Shown: positions 49,697-60,775 of the stretch, one piece after another | How positions within the stretch are numbered: position 1 is the stretch's first letter | Layout of the letters: the number at the start of each line of letters is the position of its first letter | DNA from: an uncultured Gemmatimonadota bacterium | Lineage (GTDB): Bacteria > SM23-81 > DAOVCL01 | Length of the DNA stretch: 64,000 nucleotides | Direction: 5' to 3' | NCBI GenBank assembly: GCA_964626665.1 | Contig: CAZVGK010000004.1 | Span: forward strand, 32,001-96,000 | Position numbers and translations under genes: made by a program | The notes under the pieces: generated by a model | What the model was told of the DNA's origin: nothing | The model's database searches: none | Seen by the model: only the letters and a program-made list of their open reading frames with translations

Positions 49697-49913
49697 CAAA
49701 GAAAAACCGACCTGCTTAACTTTGACACTATGGCAGATCGGCTGTTTCTTTCTATTGGACTCCAGCTTTGAAATAACCCGCTGCAGAGCCCTCGTTCTTT
49801 GCTTCCCGACTCTCCCTCACCCAATCCTGTCCTGTCTGAATGGTAAGGTATTCTCATCATCAGAAACTTTTTTAAGAACACTTAAAGATAATGAATCACA
49901 TCTTTCCTGTCAA
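49697..49913 (-). ncRNA. Candidate small RNA unit (promoter to terminator), copy 2
   Basis: TTGACA-17-TATCTT, same core TTTCAAAGCTGGAGTCCAATAG and terminator stem as 7655-7865. Confidence 0.45.
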
Positions 49914-50106
49914 GACCTTTCTCCCCTTTTCCTGCCTATGGAACGCAACCTCCCGCAGGTTTGAAACCTGCGGGAGGTTCAGCCCTTCTTCCGTCAGGGC
50001 AGGAGCCCTGACGGCACTGGTACCCCGTCAGAGCAGAGCCCTAACAGCATCCATCTGCGTAAATCTGCGGTTCCCTGTTTCCTTCTAGCTGCCCCTTTTT
50101 CTAATG

Positions 50107-50352
50107 TTATGCCAACACCTTTAATTTTTCATACAAGAACTCAGGGGCAAAATCAGCACCATTAGGCCAGGTAATGGTGTGCAGCTCATGATCCACCTTG
50201 AAATTCTTGAAATAGGAGATGTCTTTTAGAGGCTCGAAAATCTCTCCGTCTAATTCCTGTTCAAGGTTTACTTCACCTTCTGAACCATCAGAAAAACGAA
50301 GATGAAGGGTATACCCCTTAACATACTTTACTTCAATCACTCTTGGTATCAT
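50107..50352 (-). CDS. DUF2442 protein
   Basis: Y.L.L.FSDG..G.V.L...L.G.IFEPLKD...F......TI.WPNGAD.APE.LY. Confidence 0.9.
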   Translation of the reverse strand: MIPRVIEVKYVKGYTLHLRFSDGSEGEVNLEQELDGEIFEPLKDISYFKNFKVDHELHTITWPNGADFAPEFLYEKLKVLA

Positions 50353-50356
50353 AGTA

Positions 50357-50425
50357 TCACTCCAATGGCGCTATTTTTTTTAAATGCTTCTTTCCCTCTG
50401 CAAGTTGCCAGTTCTCAAGCAGCTC
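50357..50425 (-). pseudogene. DUF4160 C-terminal remnant
   Basis: ELLENWQLAEGKKHLKKIAPLE* immediately upstream of DUF2442, its usual partner. Confidence 0.65.
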
Positions 50426-51299
50426 GAGAAATTGAGGGACGGTGGTGCAGAAATTGCTAAACAATCCGGCCTCGTGAATTTTGAAATTGGATTTAGAACT
50501 TGCAGGAGGTTCAACCATGCTCGGACAGGGCTAAAGCCCTATCCCTACGCCTTTTCTACCCAGCTTTAGCTGGGGTAACCTTTTTTGGACTTTAGCCCAT
50601 AAAGGGGGCCTAAAGGCCCTTAACCCACACTAAAGTGCGGTAGAAAGGTCCCGGGCAGAACCCTACCAGCACATATCCGCGTAATTCTGCGGTAATCCAT
50701 TGGAGGAGGCAGAAACCCTCTTCTGTCTCCTTTCCCTTCAAGAGCTGTCAGGAGGTAACTCCTGACAGCACATTTTCGATTGGCATCGGGAGATGCCTCC
50801 CACATTCTCCTACCCGGCTTTAGCTGGGGTAATCTCTTCTGGGCTTTAGCCCCATTGGAATGCGTCAACAGGAGTTGACGCACTCCATAATGACCCGCAC
50901 TAAAGTGCGGTAGAAACTCTGAGGTCTGGAGATTGCTTCGCTGCGCTCGCAATGACAGACAAAGGGATCGTCATTGCTCGCCCTGTCAGGAAAAATAGAA
51001 AAATAGGGACACTTCCTATTTTCTCCATTCCACCCCACTTATGCTATAGCAAGCCTTTTGGGCTTTAGCCCATAGAAGGGCCTGAAGGCCCTGAACCCGC
51101 ACTAAAGTGCGGTAGAAGTTGAAATTCATCCTGAGGTGGCATCCCGATTCATCGGGAGGCCACCTTTCCCTCTGCCGTCAGAATCGGGGTTCTGACAGCT
51201 CAGGTTTTTCTACTCGGTTTTAGCTGAGGCAACCTCTCCTGGGCTTTGGCCCTGTCCCTACTGGGTTAATTAGGGTCAGGCCTTCAATTTACACAAATT

Positions 51300-51548
51300 T
51301 CAGGTTACTTGCTGAGGAGATAGATTCCGCAGGGAAAAAACAGGCACCTTTTGGTACTTCTCAGGCTTCCCTTTCTCTTTGATGATCCGATCCATCTCTT
51401 GAGCCACCGCTGAAGAAAAAGAAATATCACCACAGCTCTCACAAACTAAAGCTGGCACATCCTCAAAACTATAAAGTTCTTCTTTGAAGTGAACTTCATA
51501 GCTAATGATCTTCTCCTTGAGTTCTCCTCCACACAAAGAACATCTCAT
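51300..51548 (-). CDS. YgiT-type zinc-finger protein (MqsA-like)
   Basis: MRCSLCGG....VPA.VCESCG. Confidence 0.88.
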   Translation of the reverse strand: MRCSLCGGELKEKIISYEVHFKEELYSFEDVPALVCESCGDISFSSAVAQEMDRIIKEKGKPEKYQKVPVFSLRNLSPQQVT

Positions 51549-51550
51549 TT

Positions 51551-51868
51551 TTATCTCCTCCTCCTTGTCCAAGGGTCAATCCATTTCTGAGGATCTAACC
51601 AATGGACAGTGATAATATAAACAGTCTCACCATCAAAACCGCAGAGAACATACAAAGGTTCTTCTTCTTTCACAAGGCCCATAAAAAGATAAGCGGGAAA
51701 AGGGTTGGCTTTAGGATAAGCCTCTATCAGATCACCGTGAAGAATAACCTCCCGTACTTCCTCGAAAAGGATCCCCCTCTTAAACATTCGGCGATGAGCA
51801 TGACGTCTGATATTTATCTCTCCTTCAAGAACAGCTTTCCTAATTCTCTCTATCACAAGCTCTGGCAT
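51551..51868 (-). CDS. DUF4258 protein (RelE-like toxin)
   Basis: HA..RM..RGI...EV..VI..G..IE.YP...P.P..L..G....PL.V.....IIT...DP..W. Confidence 0.88.
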   Translation of the reverse strand: MPELVIERIRKAVLEGEINIRRHAHRRMFKRGILFEEVREVILHGDLIEAYPKANPFPAYLFMGLVKEEEPLYVLCGFDGETVYIITVHWLDPQKWIDPWTRRRR

Positions 51869-52517
51869 AATTTAAGTATTGACCGTCCACAAAATTCAAG
51901 TCAATAGCTATCCTCATTTTGAGCACTTCTTTACCAAAATTAACCATATTTATCAGAAACGTCAAGCCATTTTTAGAGGTTCCCCTTTGACCTTTGATTT
52001 GTCAGAGTGCCTACGACCTCAATCATCGGCATCAGGAGATGCCTCCCACAATACGCTCTTCTATCTGGCTTTAGCCCGTTCACTGGATGGACTCAACCCC
52101 AAGGGGCCTAAAGGCCCTAAACCCGCACTAAAGTGCGGTAGAAGTTGGAGATTGCTTCGGCTTGCCGCTTCGCTGCCGCTCAGGGCAAACCTCGCAATGA
52201 CTGGTAAGGGAATCGTTATTGCGAGGAGCGGTTCGACAAAGCAATCTGGTTCTACCCGGCTTTCGGACAGGGCTGAAGCCCTGTCCCTACGGTTTTGGAG
52301 TGCTGTGACTCCTGTCACAGCACTCCATATAGGGCCTAAAGGCCCTTAACCCGCACTAAAGTGCGGTAGAAGTTTGAATTTTCTACCCAGCTTTAGCCGA
52401 GGGTTAGCTTGAGGTGGCAGAAGCTCTCTTCTTCTCCACCGCCAGAACAGGGGTTCTGACGGCTCGGAAAGGAGAGTTATGATAGTTTTTTATCTGTGAA
52501 ATCCGTGTAATCCGTGG

Positions 52518-54197
52518 CTATTGTTTGGATGCGGCTCTGCCGCGCTGAGTCAGCATCGGTATCTTTATCCCCTTCTCCTTTGCGGTTTTGATGGCCTCCT
52601 CATAGCCGGCATCGGCGTGTCTCATCACTCCAGTTCCAGGATCATTAGTGAGCACCCTATTTAGCCTATCCTCTATCTCCTTGCTGCCATCGGCAACTAT
52701 GACCATCCCGGCGTGGAGGGAGTAGCCTATTCCCACCCCGCCACCGTGGTGAACGGAGACCCAGGAGGCACCAGAGACGGCATTGAGTAACCCATTGAGG
52801 ATGGGCCAATCGGCGATCACATCTGAGCCGTCCTTCATCCTCTCGGTCTCCCTATTGGGTGAGGCTACGGAGCCGCCGTCCAAGTGGTCCCTGCCGATCA
52901 CTATAGGTGCCTTCAGCTCCCCCTTGGCCACCATTCGGTTGATTATCTCTCCAAAGTGGGCCCTCTCCCCGTATCCCAACCAACAGATGCGCGAGGGAAG
53001 CCCCTGAAACGGCACCTTCTTCTGGGCTTTGTTTATCCATTTTATCAGGGATTCATCCTCCGGGAACTCCCTTTTTACTACCTCATCGGTCTTGTAGATG
53101 TCCTCCGCTTCCCCGGAGAGGGCCGCCCAGCGGAAGGGCCCTTTCCCCTGGGCTAAGAGAGGCCTGATATAGGCGGGGACAAAGCCGGGAAAATCAAAAG
53201 CATCAGCGATCCCTGCCTTGTATGCTTGACCTCTTAGGTTGTTTCCATAGTCGAAGACCACTGCCCCCTTGTGCATAAAGTCGAGCATTGTGCGCACATG
53301 TTTGGCTATGGAGTCCATTGACCTCTTGATGTACTCCTGGGGATTATCCGCCCTTAGCCTGAGGGCTTCTTCATAAGGAAGCCCCGCGGGAACATAACCG
53401 TTTAATTCATCATGGGCGCTGGTCTGATCGGTGAGCAGATCTGGAATCACCCCGCGGCTGTAGATCTCCGGCAGCACTTCAGCACAGTTTCCTACCAAGC
53501 CAACAGATAAGGGTTGGCGGTTTTTCTTGGCCCCTAAGACCAGCTCCAGGGCCTCATCTAAATCCTCAGTGAATCTATCGCAGTACCCGTTTTCCACCCT
53601 TCTCTCTATCCTCTTGCGGTCCACCTCTATCCCTAAGAAGGTAGCCCCATTCATCGTGGCAGCCAAAGGCTGTGCTCCCCCCATTCCCCCCAATCCCCCG
53701 CTGAGGAGGAGCCTCCCCCGGAGGTCTCCCCCAAAATGCTTTTTGGCTGCTGCGGCAAAGGTTTCGTAGGTGCCCTGGAGTATGCCCTGGGTGCCGATGT
53801 AAATCCAACTGCCGGCGGTCATCTGGCCATACATTGTCAGGCCCAACCTCTCCAATTCCCGAAACTTCTCCCAGTTGGCCCAGTGGGGGACGATGAGGGA
53901 ATTAGCAATCAGGACCCTAGGGGCATACTCGTGGGTGCGGAATATCCCCACCGGCTTGCCGGATTGAACAAGAAGGGTCTCATCGTTCTCCAGTTCCTTT
54001 AAGCTTCTTACGATGGCATGATAACTCTCCCAGTTGCGGGCCGCCTTCCCCGATCCCCCATAAATAATTAGCTCCTCGGGTTTCTCGGCCACCTCTGGAT
54101 CCAGGTTGTTCATCAGCATCCGGAGAGCTGCCTCCTGATGCCAGCTCTTGCAGCTCAGGGTTGTGCCCCGCGGGGCCCTGACAGGTTCGTAGCCCAT
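52518..54197 (-). CDS. hutU: Urocanate hydratase
   Basis: [65 protein letters not shown] before ATG 54197. Confidence 0.98.
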   Translation of the reverse strand: MGYEPVRAPRGTTLSCKSWHQEAALRMLMNNLDPEVAEKPEELIIYGGSGKAARNWESYHAIVRSLKELENDETLLVQSGKPVGIFRTHEYAPRVLIANSLIVPHWANWEKFRELERLGLTMYGQMTAGSWIYIGTQGILQGTYETFAAAAKKHFGGDLRGRLLLSGGLGGMGGAQPLAATMNGATFLGIEVDRKRIERRVENGYCDRFTEDLDEALELVLGAKKNRQPLSVGLVGNCAEVLPEIYSRGVIPDLLTDQTSAHDELNGYVPAGLPYEEALRLRADNPQEYIKRSMDSIAKHVRTMLDFMHKGAVVFDYGNNLRGQAYKAGIADAFDFPGFVPAYIRPLLAQGKGPFRWAALSGEAEDIYKTDEVVKREFPEDESLIKWINKAQKKVPFQGLPSRICWLGYGERAHFGEIINRMVAKGELKAPIVIGRDHLDGGSVASPNRETERMKDGSDVIADWPILNGLLNAVSGASWVSVHHGGGVGIGYSLHAGMVIVADGSKEIEDRLNRVLTNDPGTGVMRHADAGYEEAIKTAKEKGIKIPMLTQRGRAASKQ

Positions 54198-54341
54198 TTT
54201 TTGCCTCCTTTGATTATGACAGTTACCGGCGGTCAAGGATCAGCAGTCAGCAATCAGTAGTCAGCGGTCAGCTCAAAAGCAGTTGTCGGTTATCGGTCAT
54301 CAGTTGTCAGGTGTTTTTCTGATCCCTGGAAACTATTACTT

Positions 54342-55871
54342 TCAGTTTAATCTACCGATCTTCTCCTCCACCCTTCTGATGATTTTCCCTTCATCAATAA
54401 GTTTTTTCACCTTTTCTATATCCTCGGCCAGGATCCTGTCCTGGTTTAGTTTGGGGACTACGGTGCGGATGACCCTCCAGGCTTCCTCGGTTCCCCTCCC
54501 AGGTTTGAGAGGAACTCTGAAATCAATCCCCTGGGCGGAGGCCAATAGCTCGATGGCTAAGATGTTCTCCACATTATTCACAATCTCCCTGGCCTTCCTG
54601 GCGGCAATAGACCCCATACTCACATGATCCTCCTGATTGGCTGAGGTGGGGACAGAGTCGACCGAGGCCGGATGGGCCAGGATCTTATTCTCCGAGACCA
54701 GGGAGGCAGCAGTGACCTGGGCGATCATAAATCCGGAGTTGAGCCCGCTTTCCGAGGAGAGAAAAGGCGGAAGTCCACTCTGGGTTTCGTTCATAAGAAG
54801 GGCTATTCTCCTCTCCGCTATGTTTCCCAGTGCAGAAACCGCAATTCCCATCAGGTCCAGGAAAAGGGATACCGGCTGGCCATGAAAATTCCCTCCGGAG
54901 ATGACCTTTCTCTCCTGGGGAAAGATTAGGGGATTATCGGTGGCGGAGTTTATCTCTACCGTTAGAACTGACTTCACTGATCTGAGGGCATCTCTGGTGG
55001 CCCCGTGGACCTGCGGCATACAGCGGAGACTATAGGGGTCCTGGACATTTTCACAATTCTTATGGGACTCTACAATCTGGCTTCCCTCTACCAGCCGCCG
55101 CAGGTTATCAGCGGATTCCTTCTGTCCCTTGTGGCCTCTTACCCTTTGGAAGCCCTCGTCAAAGGCGGCCGGGGTAGCCAAGACACCCTCCAAGGTCATC
55201 GCCCCGGCAATATCGGCTAACTTACAGAATCTGATTGCCTTGAGAAGGCTGAGGGTTCCTATGGAACTCATAAACTGGGTGCCGTTTATCAAGGCCAACC
55301 CCTCCTTGGCCTGCAAGTTGAGTATTTCTATCCCCACCCTGGCCATTGCCTCCTTCCCCTCCAGTATCTTTCCCTTATACTCCGCCTGGCCCAGGCCGAT
55401 GAGCACCAGGCCAATGTGGGCCAAGGGAGCCAGGTCGCCAGATGCCCCCACCGAGCCCTTCTCCGGCACCAAGGGGTGAACCCCCAGATTGAGCATTTTT
55501 ACAAGGGTTTGAATCAGCTCCAACCTCACCCCTGAGTGGCCCTTGCTTAAAAGGTTGACCCTTAAAAGCATTATCCCTCTGACCTCCGGGATGCTTAGAG
55601 GCCTCCCCACGCCGGCTGAGTGACTTTTGATCAGGTTCTTCTGAAGCCTACTTAGCTGATCCCTATCTATCCTCACCCGACAGAGTTTTCCAAAGCCGGT
55701 GTTTATCCCGTATACTGTCTCCTCCCTTTCCACGATTCCCTCTACAAACTTCCGGCAGAGGTTTACCTTTGATTCAACCTGGGGAGACAGTTCAACCCTG
55801 GCCCCTTTGAGGGCTGCCTCTTCCACCTCCTGTAAGGTGAGGTTCTCCCCATCTATGTACACTGTTCCCAT
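54342..55871 (-). CDS. hutH: Histidine ammonia-lyase
   Basis: VYGINTGFG, GSVGASGDLAPL (MIO motif), QDPYSLRC.PQVHG, GGNFHG, NQEDHVSMG. Confidence 0.97.
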   Translation of the reverse strand: MGTVYIDGENLTLQEVEEAALKGARVELSPQVESKVNLCRKFVEGIVEREETVYGINTGFGKLCRVRIDRDQLSRLQKNLIKSHSAGVGRPLSIPEVRGIMLLRVNLLSKGHSGVRLELIQTLVKMLNLGVHPLVPEKGSVGASGDLAPLAHIGLVLIGLGQAEYKGKILEGKEAMARVGIEILNLQAKEGLALINGTQFMSSIGTLSLLKAIRFCKLADIAGAMTLEGVLATPAAFDEGFQRVRGHKGQKESADNLRRLVEGSQIVESHKNCENVQDPYSLRCMPQVHGATRDALRSVKSVLTVEINSATDNPLIFPQERKVISGGNFHGQPVSLFLDLMGIAVSALGNIAERRIALLMNETQSGLPPFLSSESGLNSGFMIAQVTAASLVSENKILAHPASVDSVPTSANQEDHVSMGSIAARKAREIVNNVENILAIELLASAQGIDFRVPLKPGRGTEEAWRVIRTVVPKLNQDRILAEDIEKVKKLIDEGKIIRRVEEKIGRLN

Positions 55872-55880
55872 AGCAAATTT

Positions 55881-55969
55881 AAATTAGATGCCCCAGTGTA
55901 GATTGTCAAGGCCTATTTGCCTCTGGATAAAACAAATTGCTTGACAAACAGGGGGGGATTACTTATCCT
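55881..55969. promoter_or_regulatory. Divergent sigma70 promoters (hutH and pfkB-tldDE)
   Basis: Minus strand TTGACA(55909)-17-TAATTT; plus strand TTGACA(55941)-17-TATCCT. Confidence 0.55.
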
Positions 55970-56033
55970 TTTTTAGTTAGCTGTTTTAGTTTCCCCCTTA
56001 TTTGGAAGAGGCGGTTTTTGGGGGGGTGCTGAT

Positions 56034-56933
56034 ATGCTCAGCGGGTTCAAGGTTGCTGTCCTGGGCACCATAAACCGGGATACGGTCTTCACCTCTCAGG
56101 GAGAGAAGTGGGAAGGGTTTGGGGGAATACTCTATAACCTCCTTGGCCTCTCCTTCTGGGGAGGAGAGGAGATCACCCTGTATCCGATCTGTAACTTGGG
56201 AGAAGATTGTTATAGGGAGGTTATGGGGATTATTTCCCAATTTGAGAATATAAGCCCGGATGGTATAAGGAAGAGGAAGGAAAGGAACAACCATGCCACC
56301 ATCAGATATAAGCCGTCTGGAAAGAGGGAAGAGGCCTTAGAGGGGAGGCTGCCTCCGTTGGGATATGAGGAAGTGAGACCATTTTTAGGGGTAGACCTCC
56401 TCTTAGTGAACTTCATATCCGGTTTTGATCTCGAGCTTTCTGCCCTGAGAATGATCCGCAGGGAATTTGCGGGGGCAATATATATGGATTTGCACAGCCT
56501 TACCTTAGGAGTTGATCCTCTGGGGAGAAGGTATCTCCGGCCCATCCCCCAAGGGGAGAAGTGGATCGCTCAGGCAGATATCCTCCAGGTCAACAAGGAG
56601 GAAGCCGAGCTTCTCTGGGGAAGCCCTCTAAAAGGAACCAAGGAGTTCTCCAGATTTGGGAAGAGGATGCTATTCTTAGGGCCCTTTTGTCTGCTTGTCA
56701 CCCTTGGCCCCCAGGGAACATTCCTTCTGGAAAGCAGTGGCACCACTCATTTCCCCTCACCCAGCGGGGCTCTATTTGGTAACCCCACCGGTTGTGGGGA
56801 CCTCTTTGCTTCCGGCTTTATCTGGGAATACCTGAAGAGCGAAGATACCCACGAAGCTTGCCGGAGTGGAAACCGGTTAGCTGCAAGGGAAGAGCTAATC
56901 AGCCAGTTTAGGGTAAGAATGAGGAGGGGCTAA
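56034..56933 (+). CDS. PfkB-family carbohydrate kinase
   Basis: G.INRD, GG..YN, N.EEA..L, VTLG.QG, NPTGCGDLF.SG. Confidence 0.85.
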   Translation: MLSGFKVAVLGTINRDTVFTSQGEKWEGFGGILYNLLGLSFWGGEEITLYPICNLGEDCYREVMGIISQFENISPDGIRKRKERNNHATIRYKPSGKREEALEGRLPPLGYEEVRPFLGVDLLLVNFISGFDLELSALRMIRREFAGAIYMDLHSLTLGVDPLGRRYLRPIPQGEKWIAQADILQVNKEEAELLWGSPLKGTKEFSRFGKRMLFLGPFCLLVTLGPQGTFLLESSGTTHFPSPSGALFGNPTGCGDLFASGFIWEYLKSEDTHEACRSGNRLAAREELISQFRVRMRRG

Positions 56934-57050
56934 AGATCTGAAAATCTTATCGGATTTCACAAAACTAAAGAAGTGTAGAGAGATGAATTCGGATGAATCC
57001 GTCCCCTACAAAAGTTCATCTCTTTTGTGATAGTTGGTAGAATTTTAAAG

Positions 57051-58499
57051 ATGGAGGTGTTTTTGAAGGATTTTATGAAAGATTCCATCAAGGGGTTAAA
57101 GAGGAAAGGGGTTGACTACGCCGATTTGAGAAGGGTGGAGAGCCAATCCCAGAAGATAGGGGTAAAGAATGGGGAGGTGGAGGGTATAACTTCAAGCCAA
57201 AACGCTGGTTTTGGCATTAGGGTGCTGAAGGATGGAAGTTGGGGGTTCTCCTCCTCAGCGGTGATCTCAGAGGAGGAAATAGAGAGGGTAGCCTCTGAGG
57301 CCCTGCGGATAGCCGCGGCCAGCGCCTCTGTAAACAAGGAGAAGTCTCAGCTAAGCGAGGAGAAGCCCTGGGTGGATACTTACCAAAGCAGTTGCTTGGA
57401 GGATCCCTTTGAGGTTCCCTTAGAGGAGAAGACAGAGCTTCTGCTGCAGGCAGTGGAGGCGATGAGGGGGAAGAAGATAAAGGTGGCTGAGGGTATACTG
57501 CTCTTTGACCGAGAGCAGAAGCTCTTTTTGAATACAGAGGGGGCAGAAACCGAGCAGGTGATCACTCAGAGTGGAGGGGGGATTGTGGCCACCGCCTTCG
57601 ATGGCCAACAGGTGCAGAGGAGGAGCTACCCTAATTCTGGGGGGGATTTTGCCACTAAGGGCTATGAGTTTGTGAGGGGTTTGCAGCTTGTGGAGAACGC
57701 GGAAAGGGTAAAAGAGGAGGCCATAGCCCTGCTTTCTGCCCCAGAATACCCTGGAGGGGAAACTGATATCATTATCGGTGGTTCCCAGTTGGCCCTCCAG
57801 GTGCACGAATCCTGTGGCCATCCCACTGAGCTGGACCGGGTTTTAGGCACAGAGATAAGCTATGCTGGGGGAAGCTTCCTCAGCCTGGATAAGCTGCACA
57901 AGTTCCAGTATGGCTCCCCCCTGGTAAACATCACCGCAGATGCCACCTTAGAGGGAGGGTTGGGGACGTTTGGCTATGATGATGAGGGGGTGAAGGCTCA
58001 AAGGAGCTTCCTGATTAGGAATGGCCTCTTTGTCGGCTACCTAACCTCCCGGGAGACAGCGCTTATCTTGGGCCAGAGGTCCAATGGGGCGATGAGGGCG
58101 GATGGATGGAACAGGATCCCCTTGATCAGAATGACGAACATCAACTTAGAGCCTGGGGAGTGGAGCTTGGAGGATCTCATTGCCGACACCAAGGAGGGGA
58201 TTTACTTAGATACCAACAAGAGCTGGAGTATAGATGATCAGAGGCTAAACTTTCAATTTGGGACGGAGATCGGCTGGGAGATAAAGAGGGGCAAAAAGGT
58301 GAGAATATTGAAGAATCCAGTATATACTGGGATTACTCCTCAGTTTTGGAGAAGCTGTGATGCCATCTGTAACCGAGAATTCTGGCACATCTGGGGTGTC
58401 CCCAACTGTGGAAAGGGGGAGCCCAGCCAGATTATGCGGGTTGCCCATGGAACATCCCCTGCCAGGTTCAAAAAGGTGAAAGTGGGGGGGCAGAGATGA
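57051..58499 (+). CDS. tldD: TldD metalloprotease subunit (start may be TTG 57063)
   Basis: G.GIRV...GSWGF, HESCGHPTELDR, DDEGV, RMTN, CGKG. Confidence 0.93.
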   Translation: MEVFLKDFMKDSIKGLKRKGVDYADLRRVESQSQKIGVKNGEVEGITSSQNAGFGIRVLKDGSWGFSSSAVISEEEIERVASEALRIAAASASVNKEKSQLSEEKPWVDTYQSSCLEDPFEVPLEEKTELLLQAVEAMRGKKIKVAEGILLFDREQKLFLNTEGAETEQVITQSGGGIVATAFDGQQVQRRSYPNSGGDFATKGYEFVRGLQLVENAERVKEEAIALLSAPEYPGGETDIIIGGSQLALQVHESCGHPTELDRVLGTEISYAGGSFLSLDKLHKFQYGSPLVNITADATLEGGLGTFGYDDEGVKAQRSFLIRNGLFVGYLTSRETALILGQRSNGAMRADGWNRIPLIRMTNINLEPGEWSLEDLIADTKEGIYLDTNKSWSIDDQRLNFQFGTEIGWEIKRGKKVRILKNPVYTGITPQFWRSCDAICNREFWHIWGVPNCGKGEPSQIMRVAHGTSPARFKKVKVGGQR

Positions 58500-59848
58500 T
58501 TGAGAGAGAGAGGGTCTTTGAGATTCTACAAGGGGTTTTGACCACCTCAGGGGCTGATCAGACCGAGGCCATCTTTATTGGAAACCAGAAGGGGCTAACC
58601 AGGTTTGCCAACAACTCCATCCATCAAAATGTTGCCGAAAGGGACACCAGCGTCATTTTTAGGGTGGCCTTGGGCAAAAGGGTGGGGGTGGCCACAGCCA
58701 ACTCCCTAAATAAGGGGAGGTTGATAGACACATTGAAGGAAGCGGTGAAGATAGCTAAGCACCAGGTGGAGAACCCGCATTTTTCCTCCCTTCCCTCTGC
58801 CCAGGAGTATAAGAGGCTAGAAACCTTCTTTGAAGAGACGGCAGATTTCACCCCCGAGGAGAGGGCGGAGAGGGTGGGGAGAATCATCAAAATGGTGGAG
58901 GATAAGGGCTTGCAGGTGGCCGGGGCCCTTTCCACAAGCAGCGGGGAGATAGCTGTTCTGAACAGCTTTGGGGTGGCAGCCTATCAACCCCTCAGTGCAG
59001 CAACTTTGCGAATAGTGGTTAGCTCCGCGGACAGCTCTGGCTATGCTGATTCCCTCTGCCGAGATATAGGAGAGCTTGATGTTGATGAGCGGACAGAGGT
59101 GGCCATAAAAAGGTGTCTGGAGAGCAAGGGCCCACGGGACCTAAAGCCAGGGAGATACGATGTTCTCTTGGAGCCCCCCGCCGTAGGGGAGCTTATCGAG
59201 TGGATGAGTATGATCGGTTTTGGGGCCAAGAGCCTTCAGGAGGAGACGAGCTTCCTCAGCGACAGGTTAGGGGAAAGGATAGTCTCTGAGAAGGTGACCA
59301 TCTACGATGATGGCAATGATCCCTCAGGGATAGCTATGCCCTTTGACTTTGAGGGTATTCCCAAGCAGAGGGTTTACTTCATTGATAAGGGTGTTGCTCA
59401 GGGGGTGGTCTACGATTCGGAAACCGCCAACCGGGAGGGAAAAACCTCCACGGGCCACGCCCTCCCACCCACATCCCATTCCGGCCCAATGCCGCTGAAT
59501 GTCTTTTTCGCGCCGGGAGATGAGGGGGAAGAGGAGATGCTCAACTCTATGAGGAGGGGGATTTTGGTCACCCGCTTTCATTATGTCAACGGTTTGCTGA
59601 ACACCAGGGAGGCCCTTTTCACCGGTATGACCAGGGATGGGACATTCTTCGTAGAGGATGGGAAGGTCAAATATCCCATAGAAAACTTAAGGTTCACCGA
59701 GAGTATGCTGAAGGCCCTCTCCAATGTGGAGATGGTTTCCAGGGAGAGAAAAGCCATCAACGCCTGGTGGGAAGCAGTGGGGGCAGCAGTTGTTCCCTCC
59801 CTTTTGATCAAGGATTTTAACTTCTCCGGAAAGACCTCCGGACAATAG
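58496..59848 (+). CDS. tldE: TldE/PmbA partner subunit
   Basis: TRFANN.IHQN, PG.Y.V.LEP.AV, FD.EG.P, STGHA, TG.TRDG; no HExxH. Confidence 0.88.
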   Translation: MIERERVFEILQGVLTTSGADQTEAIFIGNQKGLTRFANNSIHQNVAERDTSVIFRVALGKRVGVATANSLNKGRLIDTLKEAVKIAKHQVENPHFSSLPSAQEYKRLETFFEETADFTPEERAERVGRIIKMVEDKGLQVAGALSTSSGEIAVLNSFGVAAYQPLSAATLRIVVSSADSSGYADSLCRDIGELDVDERTEVAIKRCLESKGPRDLKPGRYDVLLEPPAVGELIEWMSMIGFGAKSLQEETSFLSDRLGERIVSEKVTIYDDGNDPSGIAMPFDFEGIPKQRVYFIDKGVAQGVVYDSETANREGKTSTGHALPPTSHSGPMPLNVFFAPGDEGEEEMLNSMRRGILVTRFHYVNGLLNTREALFTGMTRDGTFFVEDGKVKYPIENLRFTESMLKALSNVEMVSRERKAINAWWEAVGAAVVPSLLIKDFNFSGKTSGQ

Positions 59849-60163
59849 GTTTGATCGCTAGCGAAGCTTCGCCTTCCCGGCCCGGGACGGGCAAACCGAC
59901 GAGGTTTGGCAGTATAAACTGGGCGAAGCTTCGAATGTAAAATTCACCCCGTTAAATATTTGCTTATTTTACAAGGTTGCATCCTTCTTCTCATAACTCC
60001 GTTTCCGCTTCTCTAATTTTTGGTGAAACTTGCTATTTAACGGGGTGAAGAATGTAGAATTAAGAATGAGAAAACCTGCAGCCAAGGGGCCTGGGGCTAA
60101 GCTTATTGTCCACTTCTTTCTTTCTGCCCTCAAAACTTGACATAAATTTTAAGATCTTGCCTT

Positions 60164-60634
60164 ATGAAGGAGGTTAGAGCCCATCAGTTAAACCTGAGCA
60201 TTTTCCGGCTCCTCTGGCTCAGCGTTTTGCCCCTTCTCCTTTTTTTTGGCTGCAGCAAAAGGGAGAGGGAACCACAGACTTCTCAGGGGATGACCACAAT
60301 TACGGTTGCCGGCCATCCCCTCAAGGTAACCGTCTGTCAGACCCCGCAGTCCCGCCAAAGGGGACTGATGTTTAGGAAGAGCCTTCCATCAGATGAAGGG
60401 ATGCTCTTTGTTTTTCCCCAGGAGGGCTATTACCCCTTCTGGATGAAGAACACCTATATCCCTTTAAGTATTGCCTTTATCAGCCGAGAGGGAAGGATAA
60501 TTCAAATCGATGAGATGGAGCCGCTGAACATCACGCCTCATACTCCTTTGGGCCACATTCTCTATGCTCTGGAGACAAATAAGGGCTGGTTTAAGAACAA
60601 GGGGATAAAGGTAGGGGATGAGGTAAGGTTTTAA
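60164..60634 (+). CDS. DUF192 lipoprotein
   Basis: FFGC lipobox; RGLMFR....GMLFVF....FWMKNT.IPL.IAFI...ALE...G.F....I..GD. Confidence 0.92.
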   Translation: MKEVRAHQLNLSIFRLLWLSVLPLLLFFGCSKREREPQTSQGMTTITVAGHPLKVTVCQTPQSRQRGLMFRKSLPSDEGMLFVFPQEGYYPFWMKNTYIPLSIAFISREGRIIQIDEMEPLNITPHTPLGHILYALETNKGWFKNKGIKVGDEVRF

Positions 60635-60775
60635 GCAATTAGCCTTGGGAAATGAGGAAAAAACACCAATGACACCGAGACATCAAAAAGCAGTAAAGCA
60701 CTCTCCCTTAGGTGAGAAATCTCCTATTGCCCGAATGGATGTTCTTGTTTCCATAAATCTTGCACCCAGGAGGGG

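Larger units (their letters stand above)
49610..52520. repeat. REP-like module mosaics around TA genes
   Basis: CCCGCACTAAAGTGCGGTAGAA at 49661, 50894, 51096, 52122, 52350, plus the other module families. Confidence 0.88.

Noticed and set aside
49610-52520. CRISPR array from recurring CCCGCACTAAAGTGCGGTAGAA
   Set aside because: Spacing is irregular (hundreds of bp, with genes in between), the intervening DNA is itself repetitive, and no cas genes are present.
57051-59848. TldDE as part of a RiPP cluster
   Set aside because: No precursor or modifying enzymes are adjacent; context is housekeeping.
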